From contig CAWDVE010000013.1 in the NCBI GenBank assembly GCA_963805625.1, forward strand, positions 512,001-576,000: a DNA stretch of 64,000 bases. Reading direction: 5' to 3'. Position numbers and translations under genes: made by a program. The DNA is from an uncultured Candidatus Rokubacteria bacterium (GTDB lineage Bacteria > Methylomirabilota > Methylomirabilia > Rokubacteriales > DASRDR01). Positions 8,875 through 19,047 of this stretch are shown here, piece by piece (position 1 is the first letter of the stretch; the number at the start of each line of letters is the position of its first letter). A model generated the notes under the pieces. That model saw nothing but the letters and a program-made list of their open reading frames with translations. It was not told where the DNA came from and searched no databases.

Positions 8875-11169
8875 TCAGCCGGCATCTCGCCCCGCACCAC
8901 CGTCGAGCGCCTCGACGACGTCCTGAGCGGTGATCGGGAGCGACGTGAACCGATGCCCCGTGGCAGCGGCGACGGCGTTCGCGATCGCGGCCGGCACCCC
9001 GATCACCGGAGGCTCCCCGACCCCCTTGGCGCCGAACGGTCCGTGCTCGGACGCGACCTCCAGGAGCACGGACTCGACGAGCGGCACCTGGTCGCTCTGC
9101 GGCAGCGCGTAGTCCATGAGCGTGGCGGCCAGCAGCTGGCCCTGGGCATCGTAGGGCATCCGCTCGAGCAGCGCCCAGCCGATCCCCTGCACCACCCCGC
9201 CCTGGATCTGACCCTCGACCGCGGCGGGATTGATGGCCCGGCCGACGTCCTGCACGGTGAGGTGACGCGTCACCCGGACGGCCCCGGTCTCCGTATCCAC
9301 CTCGACCTCGCTCAGGTGGGCGGCGAAGGCGGGCGAGCGCGCGACTGTCGCGCTCCCGCCCCGGCCGTACACGGGCTCGTACTTGGCGCCGAACTGCATG
9401 CTCGCCTTCGCGAGCTCGCCGAGCGGAACGGCACGGCCCGGCACCCCGCGCACCCGGACCGCGCGGTCGACGATCTCGAGATCCTCGACCGCCGCCTCCA
9501 GCCGGTCGGCGGCGATGGCCAGGAGCTGGCGCCGGGCGTCTCGGGCGGCACGCTCGACGGCCAGGCCCACGGTGTAGGTGATTTTGCTGCCGCCGCTCGC
9601 GCCGGCGTAGGGCGCGGAATCGGTGTCGCCGTTGACCACCTGGATGTCCTCGACAGGCAGACCGAAGGCCTCGGCCGCGATCTGTGCCAATGCCGTGTTG
9701 GTCCCGCTCATGTCGACGGTCCCCACGAGGATGCTGAGCGTGCCGTCCCGATCCAGCCGACAGGCCGCGTTGGCAGGCTCGATCCCGCCCATCCACCCGC
9801 CGATTGCCACCGCCGCCCCTCGCCGGTAGCGGCCGTTGGCGGGACTGGCGGGCGCGGCCTGCCGCCCGCGGTCGACCCGGAGCCGCTCGAGGCACTCGAC
9901 GAGGCCCATCTTGGGCCATGGCTGTCCGTTCACCATGGGGTCGCCCGGGCGAGAGGCGTTCCGGAGCCGCAGGTCGATGGGGTCGAGACCCGTCGCCCGC
10001 GCCAGCTCGTCCATGACGGACTCGATCGCGAACGTCCCCTGCACCGCGCCGGGCGCGCGGTAGGCGCCGTTGCCCGGCTTGTGGGTGAGCACCTCGTAGC
10101 CGCGCAGCTCGAGATTCGGCACCTGATAGTAGCTGCCCATCAGCAGGAGCGCGATCCCGAGCGGCGCACCCGCGTAGGCGCCGGCATCGAACACGGCCCG
10201 GCCCTCGAGGGCCGTGAGCGTCCCGTCGCGCCGCGCCCCCACCTTCAGCTCGATCACGGCGGGCGGCGCCGGCGTCGTCGCGAGGAACTCCTCCGTCCGC
10301 GTCATGACGATGGAGACCGGCCGGCGGAGCCGGAGCGCGAGGGCCCCGGCCAGGGGCTCCAGGAGCACGAACTTCGCCCCGAAGCCGCCGCCCAGCGGCG
10401 TCGCCACGATCCGCACCCGGTGCTCCGGCAGCCCGAGCACCTCGCACACCTCCGACCGCGTGAAGAAGAGCGCCTGCGTCGCGGTCCAGATGGTGAGCGC
10501 GCCGAGCGGATCGACGTCGGCCACCACGGCCCGCGGCTCGAGGTAGCCCTGGTGGACCATGGGGGTCTCGAAGCGGCGCTCGACCACCACGTCGGCCTCG
10601 GCGAAGCCGCGGGCGAGGTCTCCTCGGTGGAACCGCTGCGTGCTCACCACGTTGGGGCCGACCGCCTCCCGGAGCTGCTCCCCGCCGGTCGCCGCCCCGT
10701 GCATCGCGAGCTCCGCCTCGCCTCCGGCGCCGGCCGCGGCCCGCACGCGCGGGGCGTCCAGTCGCATGGCGCCCCGCGCGTCGAGCGCCGCCGGGAGAGG
10801 CTCGTACTCGACCTCGACGAGCGCGGCTGCGTCCTCGGCGATCGCCGCCGTCTCGGCGACGACGGCGGCCACCGGATGCCCCACGAACAGTGCGTGGCCG
10901 AGCGCGAGGGGCGACTTACTCCGCGCGGTGGGATCGACGTTGGCGAGGCCGAGATCGGCGGCAGCGAAGACGCCCAGGACCCCGGGCCGGGCCGCGGCCT
11001 CGCTCCCGTCCACCCGCGCGATCCGCGCGTGGGCGTGGGGGCTCAGGACGAGGCGGGCGTGAAGCATGCGAGGCAGCTGGAGATCGCCCGCGAAGCGGGT
11101 GAGGCCGGTCACCTTCTCTCCGCCGTCGAGGCGGCGAACGGACCGGCCAATGGACGAACCCTGGGTCAT
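8875..11169 (-). CDS. Xanthine dehydrogenase family molybdopterin-binding (large) subunit
   Basis: KVTGLTRFAGD, HQGYLEP, GGGFGAK, AYRAPG, ASGGS, VEGQIQGG, GAKGVGEPP. Confidence 0.92.
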   Translation of the reverse strand: MTQGSSIGRSVRRLDGGEKVTGLTRFAGDLQLPRMLHARLVLSPHAHARIARVDGSEAAARPGVLGVFAAADLGLANVDPTARSKSPLALGHALFVGHPVAAVVAETAAIAEDAAALVEVEYEPLPAALDARGAMRLDAPRVRAAAGAGGEAELAMHGAATGGEQLREAVGPNVVSTQRFHRGDLARGFAEADVVVERRFETPMVHQGYLEPRAVVADVDPLGALTIWTATQALFFTRSEVCEVLGLPEHRVRIVATPLGGGFGAKFVLLEPLAGALALRLRRPVSIVMTRTEEFLATTPAPPAVIELKVGARRDGTLTALEGRAVFDAGAYAGAPLGIALLLMGSYYQVPNLELRGYEVLTHKPGNGAYRAPGAVQGTFAIESVMDELARATGLDPIDLRLRNASRPGDPMVNGQPWPKMGLVECLERLRVDRGRQAAPASPANGRYRRGAAVAIGGWMGGIEPANAACRLDRDGTLSILVGTVDMSGTNTALAQIAAEAFGLPVEDIQVVNGDTDSAPYAGASGGSKITYTVGLAVERAARDARRQLLAIAADRLEAAVEDLEIVDRAVRVRGVPGRAVPLGELAKASMQFGAKYEPVYGRGGSATVARSPAFAAHLSEVEVDTETGAVRVTRHLTVQDVGRAINPAAVEGQIQGGVVQGIGWALLERMPYDAQGQLLAATLMDYALPQSDQVPLVESVLLEVASEHGPFGAKGVGEPPVIGVPAAIANAVAAATGHRFTSLPITAQDVVEALDGGAGRDAG

Positions 11170-11262
11170 GTCGGGGCTCCCTTGAGCGAGTGGGGTCGGC
11201 GACACCTCCTCGATCTTACTGCGAGGGATGCGTCAGGGCGAGTGGATGCGCCTCACTCGACC

Positions 11263-11694
11263 TCAGGGCGCGAGCAAGGCGTCGACCGACCACAGGCCGG
11301 CCCCACCCAGGATCAGCGCGAGCGCGACGCCGAGGACCAGGAGGTGGAACTCGAAGCCTTCCCCCTTCTGGCTGCCGTACCAGTTCATGAAGAATCCGTG
11401 CGGCGTGTGGGTCGTCAGCACCGCGACCACCATCACGCACGCGATCCCGAACGCCGCCACCCGGGTGAGCAGGCCGATGGCGAGGCCGATCGGCCCGAGG
11501 AACTCGGCCACGATGGCCAGGAATCCGAGCGGCGCCGGGAATTTCTGGTTGAAGTACCCCATCGTGCCCTTGAAGCCGTAGCCCCCGAACCACCCGAGCG
11601 CCTTCTGGGCGCCGTGCGGGAACATAACGATGGCGAGGGTCCATCGGAGGATGAGCTGGATCACGCTGGCGTCGGTCGAGAGCAGCCATCTCAT
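11263..11694 (-). CDS. DoxX family membrane protein
   Basis: AGGAGGT RBS; LILR...MFPHGAQKALGWFGG, AEFLG, GFEFHLL, GAGLWSVD. Confidence 0.9.
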   Translation of the reverse strand: MRWLLSTDASVIQLILRWTLAIVMFPHGAQKALGWFGGYGFKGTMGYFNQKFPAPLGFLAIVAEFLGPIGLAIGLLTRVAAFGIACVMVVAVLTTHTPHGFFMNWYGSQKGEGFEFHLLVLGVALALILGGAGLWSVDALLAP

Positions 11695-11769
11695 TGGCGG
11701 ACCTCCTACTGGGAAGTGGTGGTCCCGAGTCAGGATGCCCGTTGGGGCCAGCATCCTGGACGCTCTCGG

Positions 11770-12750
11770 TCACGGATAGAAGGTGCGGCGCCCTTCCTCT
11801 CGCGTCCAGACCCGGAGCAGGTGACGCTTCCGGCTCGGCTCCGGCGCGTCCCGGAAGTCGGTGCGGCTGTGGGCGAACTCACGGTTGTTGAGGTACTGGA
11901 TCTGGCCGCGGTCGATCGTGAACTCCACCCAGAGGTCGGGCGAGTCCACGACGAGGCGCATGGCCTCGAGCGCGTCCTTCCCCTCCCGGTCGAGCGGCGT
12001 GCCGGCCAGCTCGGCCCCCGCCTCGATCAGCCGCTCGTTGAAGCGCCCCACGAACGAGCGGCCGTCGTACTGGAAGATCGGCTGCGCGCCCACCTTCGAA
12101 TCATCGGGCGCATGCTCGGCCTGGCGGTCCCACGGGAACGGCTGGTAGAGGCGCGGGAGGAGGTCCGGGTGGCGCCGCCGGAGCTCGTTGTGCACAGTGC
12201 ACAGGCTGACGAAGCGGCTCACTCCGCCCTCCTGCGCCGGGTTGATGCAATAGAGCCCGACCAGGTGGGGCGGCAGATCGAGCCACGGGCCGTCGGTGTG
12301 AAACGTCAGGTCGAGGTTGGTGATCGACCGCCGCACTCCGTACTCGAGCGGCTTCCCCGTGTCCCGGACGTCGTACAGCATGGCGCCGTTCCACGCCTGC
12401 GCAACCGGGCGCTGGAGGAGCTGACTCAGGAGCCAGCACAGCACTCGGTTCTCCTCCGGCTCGTATCGCTCCACGGGCAGCCGATCCACCACGGCCAGCC
12501 CGATGCCGGTGGAGAGCCGGGCGCGGACGTCGTCCATCAGCGCGCCACACGCGGGGAGCGCGAACTGGTCGGGGCTCAAGAGGAGCATCGGCAATGGGTT
12601 CCGGCGAACCTGCCGGACGACCTGATCTAGCTCGTCGACGCACCGGGGCGACAGCGGCACCAGCCAGTCGCGCGGGGACAGCGTCTCCCGACGCCATGTC
12701 CGCCTGTCCCGAACGTCGTGGGTCAGCATGAGTGGCGCGAGACCGGGCAT
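11770..12750 (-). CDS. TauD/TfdA family Fe(II)/2-oxoglutarate dioxygenase
   Basis: FHTDG (HxD), GGVSRFVS, NNREFAHSRT (distal His), RHLLRVW. Confidence 0.88.
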   Translation of the reverse strand: MPGLAPLMLTHDVRDRRTWRRETLSPRDWLVPLSPRCVDELDQVVRQVRRNPLPMLLLSPDQFALPACGALMDDVRARLSTGIGLAVVDRLPVERYEPEENRVLCWLLSQLLQRPVAQAWNGAMLYDVRDTGKPLEYGVRRSITNLDLTFHTDGPWLDLPPHLVGLYCINPAQEGGVSRFVSLCTVHNELRRRHPDLLPRLYQPFPWDRQAEHAPDDSKVGAQPIFQYDGRSFVGRFNERLIEAGAELAGTPLDREGKDALEAMRLVVDSPDLWVEFTIDRGQIQYLNNREFAHSRTDFRDAPEPSRKRHLLRVWTREEGRRTFYP

Positions 12751-12876
12751 CGTCAGGAAGCCTCCGGCGCCACTATAGCTCTGTCGCGTCCGGCCGGCAT
12801 CCCGCCCCAGCCCGGCGGTAGAGCCCGTCACCTGCGGGCGCGGACCCCGCGCCCCGCACCCCTCGGCGCGCTCCCG

Positions 12877-13542
12877 CTACCCCTTCAGCAGGGACTTCAG
12901 CAGCGTGCTCACGCCGTTCCAGATGATCTGGACGCCGATGCACAGCGCGATGAAGGCCGAGAGGCGAAGGAGGACGCTGGTCCCCGTCGGTCCGAGCACC
13001 CGCGCGATGCCCTCGGCGAAGCGGTAGCAGAGGAAGATGAAGAGCGCGATGAGGGCCACGCCGATGACCATCGCCACGATCATCGCCACGATGTTGATGC
13101 CGGTCTGCGACGTGTTGGCGCCGAGGGTGATGGCCACCGACATCGAGCCCGGTCCCACTGTGAGCGGCAAGGTGAGCGGGTAGAAGGCCCGCCTCGCCAG
13201 CTCCTCGGGTCTCCACGTCGTGGCGGCGGGCGCCGCCACCTCCTCTTCACCCTGATGGAGGAACCTCCAGCCGAAGGACATGATCAGAAGGCCGCCTCCG
13301 ACCTGCACGATGGGAAGCGACAGCCCGAAGAAGTCGAGGATGTACGACCCGATGAACATCGACACCACCAGGATGAAGAAGACGTTCACGGCGATCCGCC
13401 AGGCCAACGCCTTCCGCATGGCCGTCGAACAGCTGGCCGTGCTCGCCAGGAAGATCGGCACGCTCGCCGGGGGATTGGTGATGGACGCGAGCGCGGCGAA
13501 CACGAGCGCGACGACCTTCAGCGCCAGGACGAGCTGGGTCAC
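12877..13542 (-). CDS. MarC family membrane protein
   Basis: NPPASVPIF, ILDFFGLSLPIVQVGGGLL, YPLTLPLTVGPGS, LGPTGTSVLLRLSAFIALCIGVQ; GTGA overlap with upstream gene. Confidence 0.9.
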   Translation of the reverse strand: MTQLVLALKVVALVFAALASITNPPASVPIFLASTASCSTAMRKALAWRIAVNVFFILVVSMFIGSYILDFFGLSLPIVQVGGGLLIMSFGWRFLHQGEEEVAAPAATTWRPEELARRAFYPLTLPLTVGPGSMSVAITLGANTSQTGINIVAMIVAMVIGVALIALFIFLCYRFAEGIARVLGPTGTSVLLRLSAFIALCIGVQIIWNGVSTLLKSLLKG

Positions 13543-14161
13543 AGGCCGAGCACCGCGCGCCGGCGTCCGGGCCCATCGAGGACTTGGTCCAGCACCCAGT
13601 TGTTGAGTCGGTGCACCGCCGGCTCGCGGAGCGCGAACGGGCCGGGCCGCCTCAGGACGGAGGTGAGGCCGGCCTGCTGCGCCTCGCAGATGTCGTTGTC
13701 CTCGGCGATGCCCGTCTCCCATCGATGCATGTACTTCTTCACTCCGGCCTCGAAGTCCGCCCGCGCCACCGTGGTCCGCGGGAAGCAGAAGCCGACGCCG
13801 AGCCGGGAGCGCGCGGGCCCGAGCGGGACGACCCGGAGCCACCACATGCAGTCCTGCGTGCAGGCGAACTGGGTGGCGGGGTGGAGCATCGTGAAGTACG
13901 TCCCCCGGGCGGCTCGCCCGGAGAGACCGGGCACCGGCGGGAACGGCGCCGTCTCGCCGGGCAGGACGGCGATGCTCGTCTCCTGCGGGATGTGGATGGC
14001 GTCCCAGTGCCCGCGGGTGTCCTCCTGCACCGCGTACTGCTGCCCGAGGCTCGCGTGATGGACCGTCCCGGTCTGGGCGTGTAGCACCACGCGGGGAGCG
14101 TCTCGGCCTCGCCGACCGGCCGGCGGACGCCGCGGTACTGCGCGGGATCGAAGAGATCCAT
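13539..14161 (-). pseudogene. Rieske ring-hydroxylating oxygenase alpha subunit with the Rieske domain deleted
   Basis: N-terminus MDLFDP...AETLPAWCYT joins out of frame near 14075 to TGTVHHASLG...EDNDICEAQQAGL...EPAVHRL; no CxH/CxxH motifs. Confidence 0.8.
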
Positions 14162-14235
14162 GGAGACCGTCCTATCGCGTCACGGACGTCGCGTCCACCC
14201 GGGGCAAGGGCACGGCGCGGCCAAGGCGGTCATCG

Positions 14236-15441
14236 TCATCGGGTCGCCCGGAGCGACCCCAGCGCTCCGGCCAGGCGCTCGTAGTCCGCGGCCACGTTGT
14301 AGAGTTGGGCGGAGACGCGGAGGATGCGGCACGCGAGCGCCGGCCAGGTGAAGACCGGGAGCTCGAGTCCGAAGCGATCGAAGAGGGCGGTCTGGAGCGG
14401 GTCGCGCTCGCCGTCCACCGGGGCCGGGCCAAAGCCCGGCGGCACGGGCAGCGCGACGAGGGATCCGATCATCGAGTCCGGCGCCGGAGGCGGCACGCCC
14501 AGTGCGGCGGACAGGCGGTCGCGGGCCGCGAGGGCAGTGCTCCGGTTGTGCGCCATGAGCGCTGGCCAGCCACCGGGGAGGAGCGACCCCATGTAGCGGA
14601 TGGCCTCCGGGACGGTGAGGTAGGCCGTGGGGTCAGCCGTGCCCGTCCAGTCGAACTCGAGCCGGAACGTCGAGCGGTCCGTTCGCGGCGAGTTGGCGCC
14701 GTGGCTGATCACCAGCGGGCGCACCCCCTTCTGGCGGTCACGCCTCACGTGCAGGAACCCCGAGCCCTTCGGCGCACAGATCCACTTGTGACAGTTCCCC
14801 GTGTAGTAGGCGGCACCGAGCGCTCGAAGGTCGAGGGGGACCATCCCGGGTGCGTGCGCGCCGTCGACCAACGTGTCGACCCCGCGCGATTCGAGCCCGC
14901 GGACGAGTCGCTCGATCGGAAGGATCAGGCCCGTCGGGCTCGTCACGTGGTCGACGAGCGCCAGCCGTGTCCGCGGGCTCACCCGCGACAGCACCGCTTC
15001 GAGCGCCCGCTCCGGGGTGGCGGCGGGGAACGGCAGGGTGGCCACGACGACGCGCGCGCCCGCGCGAGCCGCGACGGCCTCCAGCGCGTTCCGGCAGGCG
15101 TTGTAGGTGTGGTCCGTGGCGAGGAGCTCGTCGCCCGCTCCGAGATCCAGCCACCGGAGCACCGTGTTGGCGCCCGTCGTGGCGTTCGGGACGAAGACGA
15201 GGTCGTCCGGATCGGCGCCCACGAACGCGCCGAGCGCGTCTCGCGCCTGGTCGAGCAGCCCCTCCAGCTCCCGGCTCAGGAACCGCACCGGCTCCGCCTC
15301 CAGGCGGTCGCGGAGACGCCCTTGCGCGTCCAGCACCGCGCGGGGGCAGGCCCCGAACGAGCCGTGGTTCAGAAAGGTGACGTCGGGGTCGAGCGGCCAG
15401 AGTCGGCGCCAGCCGTCGGAGGAGGGTCCTGGAAGGGTCAC
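14236..15441 (-). CDS. Class V PLP enzyme, isopenicillin N epimerase / L-cysteine desulfhydrase-like
   Basis: FLNHGSFGACP, VPNATTG, DHVTSPTG, VDGAHAPG, GNCHKWICAPKG, RVSAQLYN. Confidence 0.88.
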   Translation of the reverse strand: MTLPGPSSDGWRRLWPLDPDVTFLNHGSFGACPRAVLDAQGRLRDRLEAEPVRFLSRELEGLLDQARDALGAFVGADPDDLVFVPNATTGANTVLRWLDLGAGDELLATDHTYNACRNALEAVAARAGARVVVATLPFPAATPERALEAVLSRVSPRTRLALVDHVTSPTGLILPIERLVRGLESRGVDTLVDGAHAPGMVPLDLRALGAAYYTGNCHKWICAPKGSGFLHVRRDRQKGVRPLVISHGANSPRTDRSTFRLEFDWTGTADPTAYLTVPEAIRYMGSLLPGGWPALMAHNRSTALAARDRLSAALGVPPPAPDSMIGSLVALPVPPGFGPAPVDGERDPLQTALFDRFGLELPVFTWPALACRILRVSAQLYNVAADYERLAGALGSLRATR

Positions 15442-15606
15442 GACCCGCCATCCTCGGCCACCTGACGCGCCTCGTCAACGGCCACCTCCCGCCGGACGAG
15501 AGCCCCGCCCAGCCGGGTGGAACCTCCGGTCACGCCTCGGCGTTCCCCGGATGGGCGGCGGGGACCGACCGCGCTACTTCGGCACGCCCCGGCGGTACGG
15601 GCTCTG

Positions 15607-16270
15607 AAATATAATAAAATTAATAAATATATGTTATATGGAATGTGCGCTGTGTGTGTGCGACGCGTGGGGATGAGGACGTGAGAGATGAGTATGAACG
15701 CAGTGCACAGAGTACGTGACGAGAGTGCGGCGGCGATGAAGCGCGAAGGCGATCGACGAAGCGCCGCACCGGAGCGTATGGAAGAGGGTCGTGCACGAGC
15801 AGGCGCTAAGGACGACGGCGGAAGACGTGAGCGACCTACTGGCTATCATGCTCGGCTCATCGTGATCGCGATATGATGGCTTTGACGCGTTCACGCTGAT
15901 GGCTGATGTTTGGTATGATTTAAGAGAACTGTCAGAACAAGATTTGATGATGGTGCAGGAAGTACGGTGATAAAAATTTATGTTTGTGTTATTAATATAG
16001 TTAATGTTAAGTATGGTTGGTTGTGTAATTGTGTGGGTTTGGTATGTTGGTGTATGGCCGCCGCGGTGGCGAGCGTGCCCGGTGGCACCGCGGACCACGC
16101 ACCAGACCTCGGGACGGCGACCGCGCGCGCGCGGCGGTGAGGAGAAGCCCCAGGAGCTCGGGCCGCGGAACCGAGGTGGCGGAGATCGAGCCGCCGGCCT
16201 ACGATGCGCCGCCGAGGAGATGACGTCCGCGCGGGCCAGACCGCGGCTCGACGGCGAGCAAGGTTCCCGC
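15607..16270. other. Low-quality AT-rich, low-complexity sequence; garbled TRAP transporter dctQ-end/dctM-start; probable assembly artefact
   Basis: Abrupt AT-rich runs (aaatataataaaattaataaatat) in a GC-rich genome; near 15845-15902 the degraded bases read approximately IMLGLIVIAIMMGF..AFTLM, like a DctM N-terminus. Confidence 0.7.
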
Positions 16271-16280
16271 GCATTTTACA

Positions 16281-17156
16281 GTGGTTCTGGCTGACCCTCT
16301 CCGCGCTCTGCTCCTAGTCTACTTCTGGCGCATGGACGGCGAGCAGCTCGAGATCCTCAAGGAGCTGATCGCGTCGGTCGTGCCGCTCGGAGTGCTCACC
16401 GCCGTCGTGCTCGCCGTGATCCTGTTCGGATCTGCACCGCCACGGAGTCGGCGGCGATCGGCGCGCTCGGCGCCTCTACTGGCCGTGATGTCGAAGTTCG
16501 CGCGCGAGGCACTGTGGTGGAGCCTGGTCGGGGCCATTCTCGGCTTCGGTCTCGGATGGTACGAGGGTAGAGCTTCGCGTCGCTGCTCGTGGCGGCTCGA
16601 TCAGCGGAGCTTCCTGGACCGTGGTGCCGACCTTCGACCGTGGCACGTGAGAGCTCGCCCAAGCAGTCGACGTTCCTCACCGCGAAGACGACCGCCATGG
16701 TGTGCTGGCTGTTCGTCGGCTCGGCGCTGTTCTCGGCCGTCTTCGCGCTGCACGGCGGTCAGGGGCTGATCGAGCGGTGGGTACTGAGCATGAACCTGTC
16801 GCCGCTCGGCTTCAGATCACGGCGCAGCTGATATCTTCCTGCTCGGCTGGCCGCTCGAGTGGACCGAGATCATCGTGATCTTCTGCCCGATCTTCATTCC
16901 GCTGCTGAGCCACTTCCACATCGATCCCATCCTGTTCGGCACATGGTCGCGGTGAACCTCCAGGCCGCGTTCCTCTCGCCGCCGGTGGCGATGTCCGCCT
17001 TCTACCTCAAGGGCGTCGCGCCAAAGCACGTGACGCTGAACCAGATCTTCGCCGGGCATGATGCCGTACATGATCATCGTGTGCATCTGCCTGGTCTTCA
17101 TGTACATCTGGCCGGGCATGACGCTCTGGCTGCCCGAGTTCCTGTACGGGAACTGA
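16281..17156 (+). pseudogene. TRAP transporter large permease (DctM), multiply frameshifted
   Basis: Fragments TFLTAKTTAMVCWLFVGSALFSAVF, LLGWPLEWTEIIVIFCPIFIPLL, VAVNLQAAFLSPPVAMSAFYLKGVAP, WPGMTLWLPEFLYGN in different frames. Confidence 0.8.
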
Positions 17157-17237
17157 GATGCCGGAGCGGGCCCCTCTTCGCCTATCCTCGCGAGCACTCC
17201 AGCCGGCCGGGCTAGTTCTTGGAGGACCAGCTAGGAC

Positions 17238-17855
17238 ATGGACCTGACGAACCTCCACGCGCTCTCCGCATCGGACGGGGCTCGGCTGATCCGGGAGGGG
17301 GCGATCAGCTCGGCGCAGCTGGTGGAGGCGTGCCTGGCGCGGGTGCGCGAAGTCGAGCCGGAGGTCCAGGCGTGGGTGTTCCTCGATCCGGGCCACGCGC
17401 TCGAGCAGGCGCAGGCGGCCGACCGCTGGCGGCGCGAGGGCATACCGGTCCTCACGGTCGTCGGCGTGAAGGACATCATCGACACCGCGACATGCCGACG
17501 AGAACGGCTCGGCGCTGCACGCCGGGCGCACGCCTCGCGCGCGGCGCGGATCGTCGTCGACACGAGCCTCCATGCCGACGACATGGCGCTGGAGGACGCG
17601 CAGCGCTTCATGGTCGAGCGGGCGAACCTCACCGAGCCGACGGCGCGGGCCGAGGTCGCGCGCTACGCCGCCTGGCCCACCCAGGCGTCGGCCTACCTGG
17701 TGGGCTGCCTCGAAATCCTCGCGATCCGGGCGCGCTACCTCGCGCGCGTGGGCGGCAGCGGCGCGGCGACCCTCCGCGCCTTCCACGACCGTCTGGCAAG
17801 CAGCGGGGGACTCCCGCCCGCCCTGGCGGAGCGCGCGCTCACGAACGAGCGCTGA
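17238..17855 (+). pseudogene. Chimeric ORF: amidase (GatA-like) N-terminus fused to a DUF885-family C-terminus
   Basis: LIREGAISSAQLVEACLARV...VGVKDIIDTA (amidase), then RAARIVVDTSLH...AEVARYAAWPTQASAYLVG...LRAFHDRL..SGGLP (DUF885). Confidence 0.7.
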
Positions 17856-19047
17856 GCGGGCCGCGCTCCTCGGTGGCGCGCGGGGCGGAGCTTGTCAGGG
17901 CCTCGGCGGCCACGAGCGCGCCGATCAGGCAGAGAGCCAGGAAGAAGTAGGGCCCGTCGCGGTCGATCCACCCGCCGGCGAACAGAAGCCAGGCGGCGGC
18001 GAGACCGACGAGACGAAACCGGGCCCGGGGTCCGGATCCTGCCGGTAGCGAGCGGAGAGCGAGCAGCCCTGCCGCCGGAACAGCGTAGACGAGATGGTGG
18101 ACCTCAGAGAGCGGGGTAATCAGCGGCTGGGCGAGGAGATAGAGGCAGAAAATCCAGAGCTCCTGCCCGGCCGTTCGCCGTCGCCGGGACAGGATCTCCA
18201 CGACGGCGAGCCCGAGCAGCGGCAGGCTCGCGCCCACCGCCCGTCTCCAGAAGGCCTGGTCCCACGCCGGCACGAGCGCCCCGAGAGCGCCGTTCACCGA
18301 GAAGCGGACGCCGCGATGTGCAGGGTACTCCGAATGCAGACGCGGCAAGAGGACGGAGTGTAGATAGTTCCGGTAGGCCTGTCCGCCCTGCGCGCCGGGG
18401 AAGACGACGGGAGCGAGCACGAACGCGGCGCTCAGGCCAAGGCACAGGACAATCGCAGCCCATCGTCGACGGATAGCCAAGAAACCGAGAAACAACGCCG
18501 GGGTGAGCTTCACGGCGATGGCGGCCGCCAATGGCCACGCCGACCCGAGCGTCCGGCGCCTGAGATACGCTCTCAGGCTCAGCACACAGAGCAAGAGAAT
18601 CTGGAAGTTGACTTGTCCGTTGAGCAGGTTGTTCTGGATGGGATCGAAGAGCAGGAACCAGAGCGCGACCAGCGGGACGGTCAGCGGCACGTCGGGCCGG
18701 ATGACGCCTTCCGCACGCGCCAGGCCAACGGTCACCCGGACCGCGCCGAGAAGCGACGCCACGCTCGCGAGGAACCACACGATCGTGGCCACGTCTGGCG
18801 GCACGGCCGTCAGCGGCCCGAGCACTGCGGCGAGGAACAGCGGGTACATGTACGGCAAGGTCCCGCCGATCGCATACGGGTTCCGCCCAGCGATCAGGGC
18901 TCGGGCGGCGTCGAGATACATCGTGAAGTCGTTGCCGTTGACCCGATGCGCCTTGTGGAGCACCCCGAGGGCCAGGACCACGACCGAGATACCCCACAGG
19001 CACGCGCTGCTCACCCGGGCGAGACGGCTCGAGAGAAGGGCACCCAC
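17839..19047 (-). CDS. GT87/DUF2029 family polyprenol-phosphate-sugar glycosyltransferase
   Basis: NDFTMYLDAA, YMYPLF, NLLNGQVN, AVKLTP, HHLV; multiple TM helices. Confidence 0.82.
   Translation of the reverse strand: MGALLSSRLARVSSACLWGISVVVLALGVLHKAHRVNGNDFTMYLDAARALIAGRNPYAIGGTLPYMYPLFLAAVLGPLTAVPPDVATIVWFLASVASLLGAVRVTVGLARAEGVIRPDVPLTVPLVALWFLLFDPIQNNLLNGQVNFQILLLCVLSLRAYLRRRTLGSAWPLAAAIAVKLTPALFLGFLAIRRRWAAIVLCLGLSAAFVLAPVVFPGAQGGQAYRNYLHSVLLPRLHSEYPAHRGVRFSVNGALGALVPAWDQAFWRRAVGASLPLLGLAVVEILSRRRRTAGQELWIFCLYLLAQPLITPLSEVHHLVYAVPAAGLLALRSLPAGSGPRARFRLVGLAAAWLLFAGGWIDRDGPYFFLALCLIGALVAAEALTSSAPRATEERGPLSARS

Noticed and set aside
7700-10447. 915-aa ORF suggesting a large fusion to threonine synthase
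   Set aside because: The upstream portion is an alternative frame of the Mo-hydroxylase gene; only 7700-8836 has ThrC motifs.
8875-11169. Aerobic CO dehydrogenase CoxL
   Set aside because: The active-site loop is AYRAPG, not AYxCSFR, and no coxM/coxS genes are adjacent.
8953-12630. 1225-aa plus-strand ORF, and similar long ORFs such as 5205-7016, 45744-47807 and 49822-51669
   Set aside because: These are antisense shadows of real genes. Stop codons are scarce at this GC content and the translations have no recognisable motifs.
15607-16060. AT-rich segment as a horizontally acquired island, origin or CRISPR leader
   Set aside because: There are no repeats or DnaA-box array, and it contains garbled dctM coding remnants; low-quality sequence explains it better.
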